NCBI RefSeq assembly: GCF_964194025.1
Contig: NC_134472.1
Coordinates: 3,534,001 to 3,598,000 of the forward strand
DNA: 64,000 nucleotides
DNA from: Convolutriloba macropyga
Taxonomy: Eukaryota
Direction: 5' to 3'
Shown here: positions 61,080 to 64,000 of the stretch, one piece after another
Numbering within the stretch: position 1 is the first letter of the stretch
Layout: every line of letters begins with the position of its first letter
The notes under the pieces: generated by a model
Databases searched by the model: none
Told to the model about the DNA's origin: nothing
Seen by the model: the letters and a program-made list of their open reading frames with translations, nothing else
Program-made: the position numbers and the translations under genes

Positions 61080-63767
61080 AATTTTAGATGCCATTTTCAG
61101 ACTGAGGCAAGCCACATTTGATTAAAAACATCGAAAATTTTCAAAAAGCCAAAAACGAAAAACTCTTGAGAAATTAACAAATAAAGTCACACACGCACTC
61201 AACTCAGTTGTTAAACTGTAGCAGTTACTGCAAAAATTAATGTCCTGAGCTAATGAAGTTGTATAATCGATACAGAGGACAAACAAAAAACATACCGGAA
61301 GACTCCTCAATCGACATGAAGCAGAAATTGGCTTAAGCAGCAGTCAACCTCCGTCTCACATAAAACATTTATGTCAATAAACTATTCGAGAAAGATTAAA
61401 AATATAAAATCAAAAAGCTGATGAATTTCGCTCGAGAAATTTCTTCGAAGTCGTATCCCCCGAAAGAGCTGGCTTTTCAAATCGCTAATATCCTGCAGAA
61501 CGCATCAATGCAAAGAAAACAACAATCTTTAAACAATAAAAAAAATTCGTCGAAATAAGTTAAACGAAAATTTAGGAAAATTCAAATCAGGAAAATACAA
61601 CTTATTTTTCATTTAGTAAAAGTACGCATACAAACGAAAAACGCAGTTTCATGCGATCACAAATGTTGATCTAACCACAAAATATCAGCTAAGCCTCAAT
61701 GAGCTCACAAAAAACTCCATTTTGAAGAAAAGGGTAAAAGGGGTGAAAAACTACAAAAAAATGTGCAAAATTTATCAATTTTTGTCAAATTTTACAGATA
61801 GAGACAAATTTGTAGCAAAAGAAGCATGAGGCTTTAATTCCTTATCTGATAAATTGAATAAAACGATACAATGGACCAAAAATCGCTAAAAGACTTAAAA
61901 AATCTGCAAAAATTTCAAATTAGCCTAAAATTCCGGTTATTTGAAAACAACTTCAAAAGGCATCAAAACATGCTGAATACTATTCCTTTTATCTACAATA
62001 AACTGTTAGACAACATAAAAAACCCGAAACAAAAAACAGCAGCTTGAAAAGAAGCATGTGAACAAAAAATTCACTCGCTTAGCGAAAATATTTTCACACA
62101 ATTTCTCGCGCTCTATCAAAAATAGGTATGAACAAAAGAATCACTCTTTTCTCCGCTTTTCGAATTTTATCACTGAAATAACTTTATCAATATTATTCAC
62201 TCCATGAACTTCCGGTTTCTTTGATTGCTCTTATCGAAAAAAAAAATAACTATAACACCGCATCGAGTCTAAAAACAAGATCACGTGGTATATATCATTG
62301 AGATTAGTTGACAAAAATTACAATCAAAACTAATAACATAACCGACTAACGTCGGTCAGGTTGCTCTCAAACGACCAACTTCTACGAACCACCCTTCATA
62401 CCATAAGTTTAAGTCTCAAAAACAGTTTCTGTGAATCGCATACTTGGAGACTAGTGAGCTGAAAGGCTCTAAGAGCACTTAATGCCCACTGGGCGCTACA
62501 TGTTTATCAAAAAGTCAAATGGGTCAGACGAAAAATCGGTCAAACGAAAATTCGCATAAAAAAGACCGAGAGGACTAATATAACTGCTACAACTTCGTTT
62601 GAGAGCAATTAATTATTAGTTATTATATTTAAAACTTGACTGGTTGAGAACAACCAACCGAAACATAGCAGAAAAGGTCCTGAGAACCGACATTAGAAAG
62701 ATGCAAGAAATCCGAACCTGAGAAAAAAACAAAGCAGATCGCAGACATAAAAAATACAACAGAAAGAAAACTTTTAAACAGCAGAACGAAATAGTAGGAT
62801 TCAACGAATGAGAAAGCTGAGAAAATTTTCTAATCGAATAATTTTGAACAATTGCACAAATTATATTATTTAATGAGACAAAAAGCTAATCTGTGAGCCA
62901 CCAAACATTCCTTGAGGCTTCAGACCTGAAGAAAGCTCTGGATAAACAGATGATTTGAACGACATGCTACGGACGGAATAGAGATACTTAGAAGCAATGT
63001 GAATAAGTTATTAATTTGACTCAAAAGAAGTTAAGCTTCAAACTAAAGCAAAAATTCATACTTTAAGCTTCAAACGTTTGCTTTTGTCATTTCAACATTT
63101 AGTGATCTGTCCACTTGTGTCATGAAAAACGAGGGCGGGGGTCCACATCGCCAGGTCGAGGACGGTGGACGAGGGGTATGGCGGAGGGTGGGGGTGAGCG
63201 GGTGGAGTTGGGTGACTGAGAGGGGGCCAAATTGTTAGTATTAAGAACCACCATTCACGCCATAAATTGATGTCCCCAACAGTTTAGGTGAATCGCATAC
63301 TCAAAGTGCTGCTCAGCCACTTAATGAACTCTGGGATTTGACTGTTTATACCGTTTTTGAGCACGAAAAGTTACCGCGTTCGACGGAAAAAAGGTAAAAG
63401 TTCGAAAATTGCGTTTAAAAACAGGACTAAATTATTGAACAAATAATAAAAGAAAATCGAATAACGCCCGGGCAAAATAGTGGGAAAAAATTTCTACCGC
63501 TTAACTTTTCCATCAACAAACATAACACACTTAGGTCAGATGAAGTGCTCTCGAACGACAAGGTAGGTGTTGGCTTTGGTTGAATCTCACTCAAGCTCAG
63601 CGATTCGTTCTAGAGAACGTGAAAAGGCAGAACTTGCTTTTATCAAATGAGGAAACTTGTGTAAATGAAACAATTAGATGCTCTTGACGCGCGTAATTTT
63701 CTTTTGCATATGTTTCCTCTCAGCGTTAATGATAACCCTTATCAGAATTCCAATTTCTTTTTTAGAA

Positions 63768-64000
63768 AACAACAAAGAGGCTCGGTAATGTGGGTTTGCA
63801 TATGATGTTCCGACCCCGCCCATCCACGTTTTGATTTAATTTTCTACCAAATGAGGAAAGAAAGAAATTGTTGAAAAATTCAAATATCTTAACAATTAAT
63901 TGAAAAAATAAAAATGGATTAAAGAGCCGATGAGACTTGCCATCAATTAGGGTACTGGACAAGACACACGCAAAAACAAAAATTAGCAAACATTAATTAT
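63768..64000 (-). mobile_element. HINE copy D, 3' end, reverse orientation
   Basis: AACAAAGAGGCTCGGTAATGTGGGTTTGCATATGATGTTCCGACCCCGCCCATC is the reverse complement of the 3' end of copies B and C. Confidence 0.65.

Noticed and set aside
62380-62500. Possible tRNA gene on the minus strand (similar sequence at 63244-63335)
   Set aside because: No complete cloverleaf or clear B box. At most a degenerate SINE-like repeat.

Overview
AT-rich metazoan genomic DNA (GT-AG introns, transposons, one assembly gap at 6443-6908). The main feature is a young, full-length 13.8-kb Ty3/Gypsy-type LTR element on the minus strand (8430-22222). It has 403-bp TG...CA LTRs differing at 1 site, a GTTTT target-site duplication, a PBS, gag with an A-AAA-AAC -1 slippery site, PR-RT-RH-IN and a class-I-fusion env. 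It also carries two unexpected enzyme-like cargoes. One is an uninterrupted antisense ORF for a stand-alone JmjC (KDM2/KDM7-like, HxE...K...H) Fe(II)/2OG dioxygenase with a basic NLS-like tail. The other is a TARG1/OARD1-type macrodomain fused to the integrase C-terminus. Together these suggest, by inference, a retrovirus-like element carrying its own anti-silencing and anti-ADP-ribosylation functions. In this copy gag, pol and env are broken by frameshifts. The element sits inside a palindromic MITE, which in turn sits inside a Helentron/DINE-1-like (HINE) element; further HINE copies occur in the window. Host genes, all on the minus strand, are a large acidic low-complexity protein with a 5-fold repeated amphipathic W-motif (runs off the window start), a 534-aa single-exon orphan, five-exon CLNS1A/pICln and an intronless CPSF1. 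A 1.1-kb foldback and a decayed CR1/L2-type LINE with an SGNH-esterase ORF1 are also present. All family assignments come from motif recognition by eye; no database searches were run.
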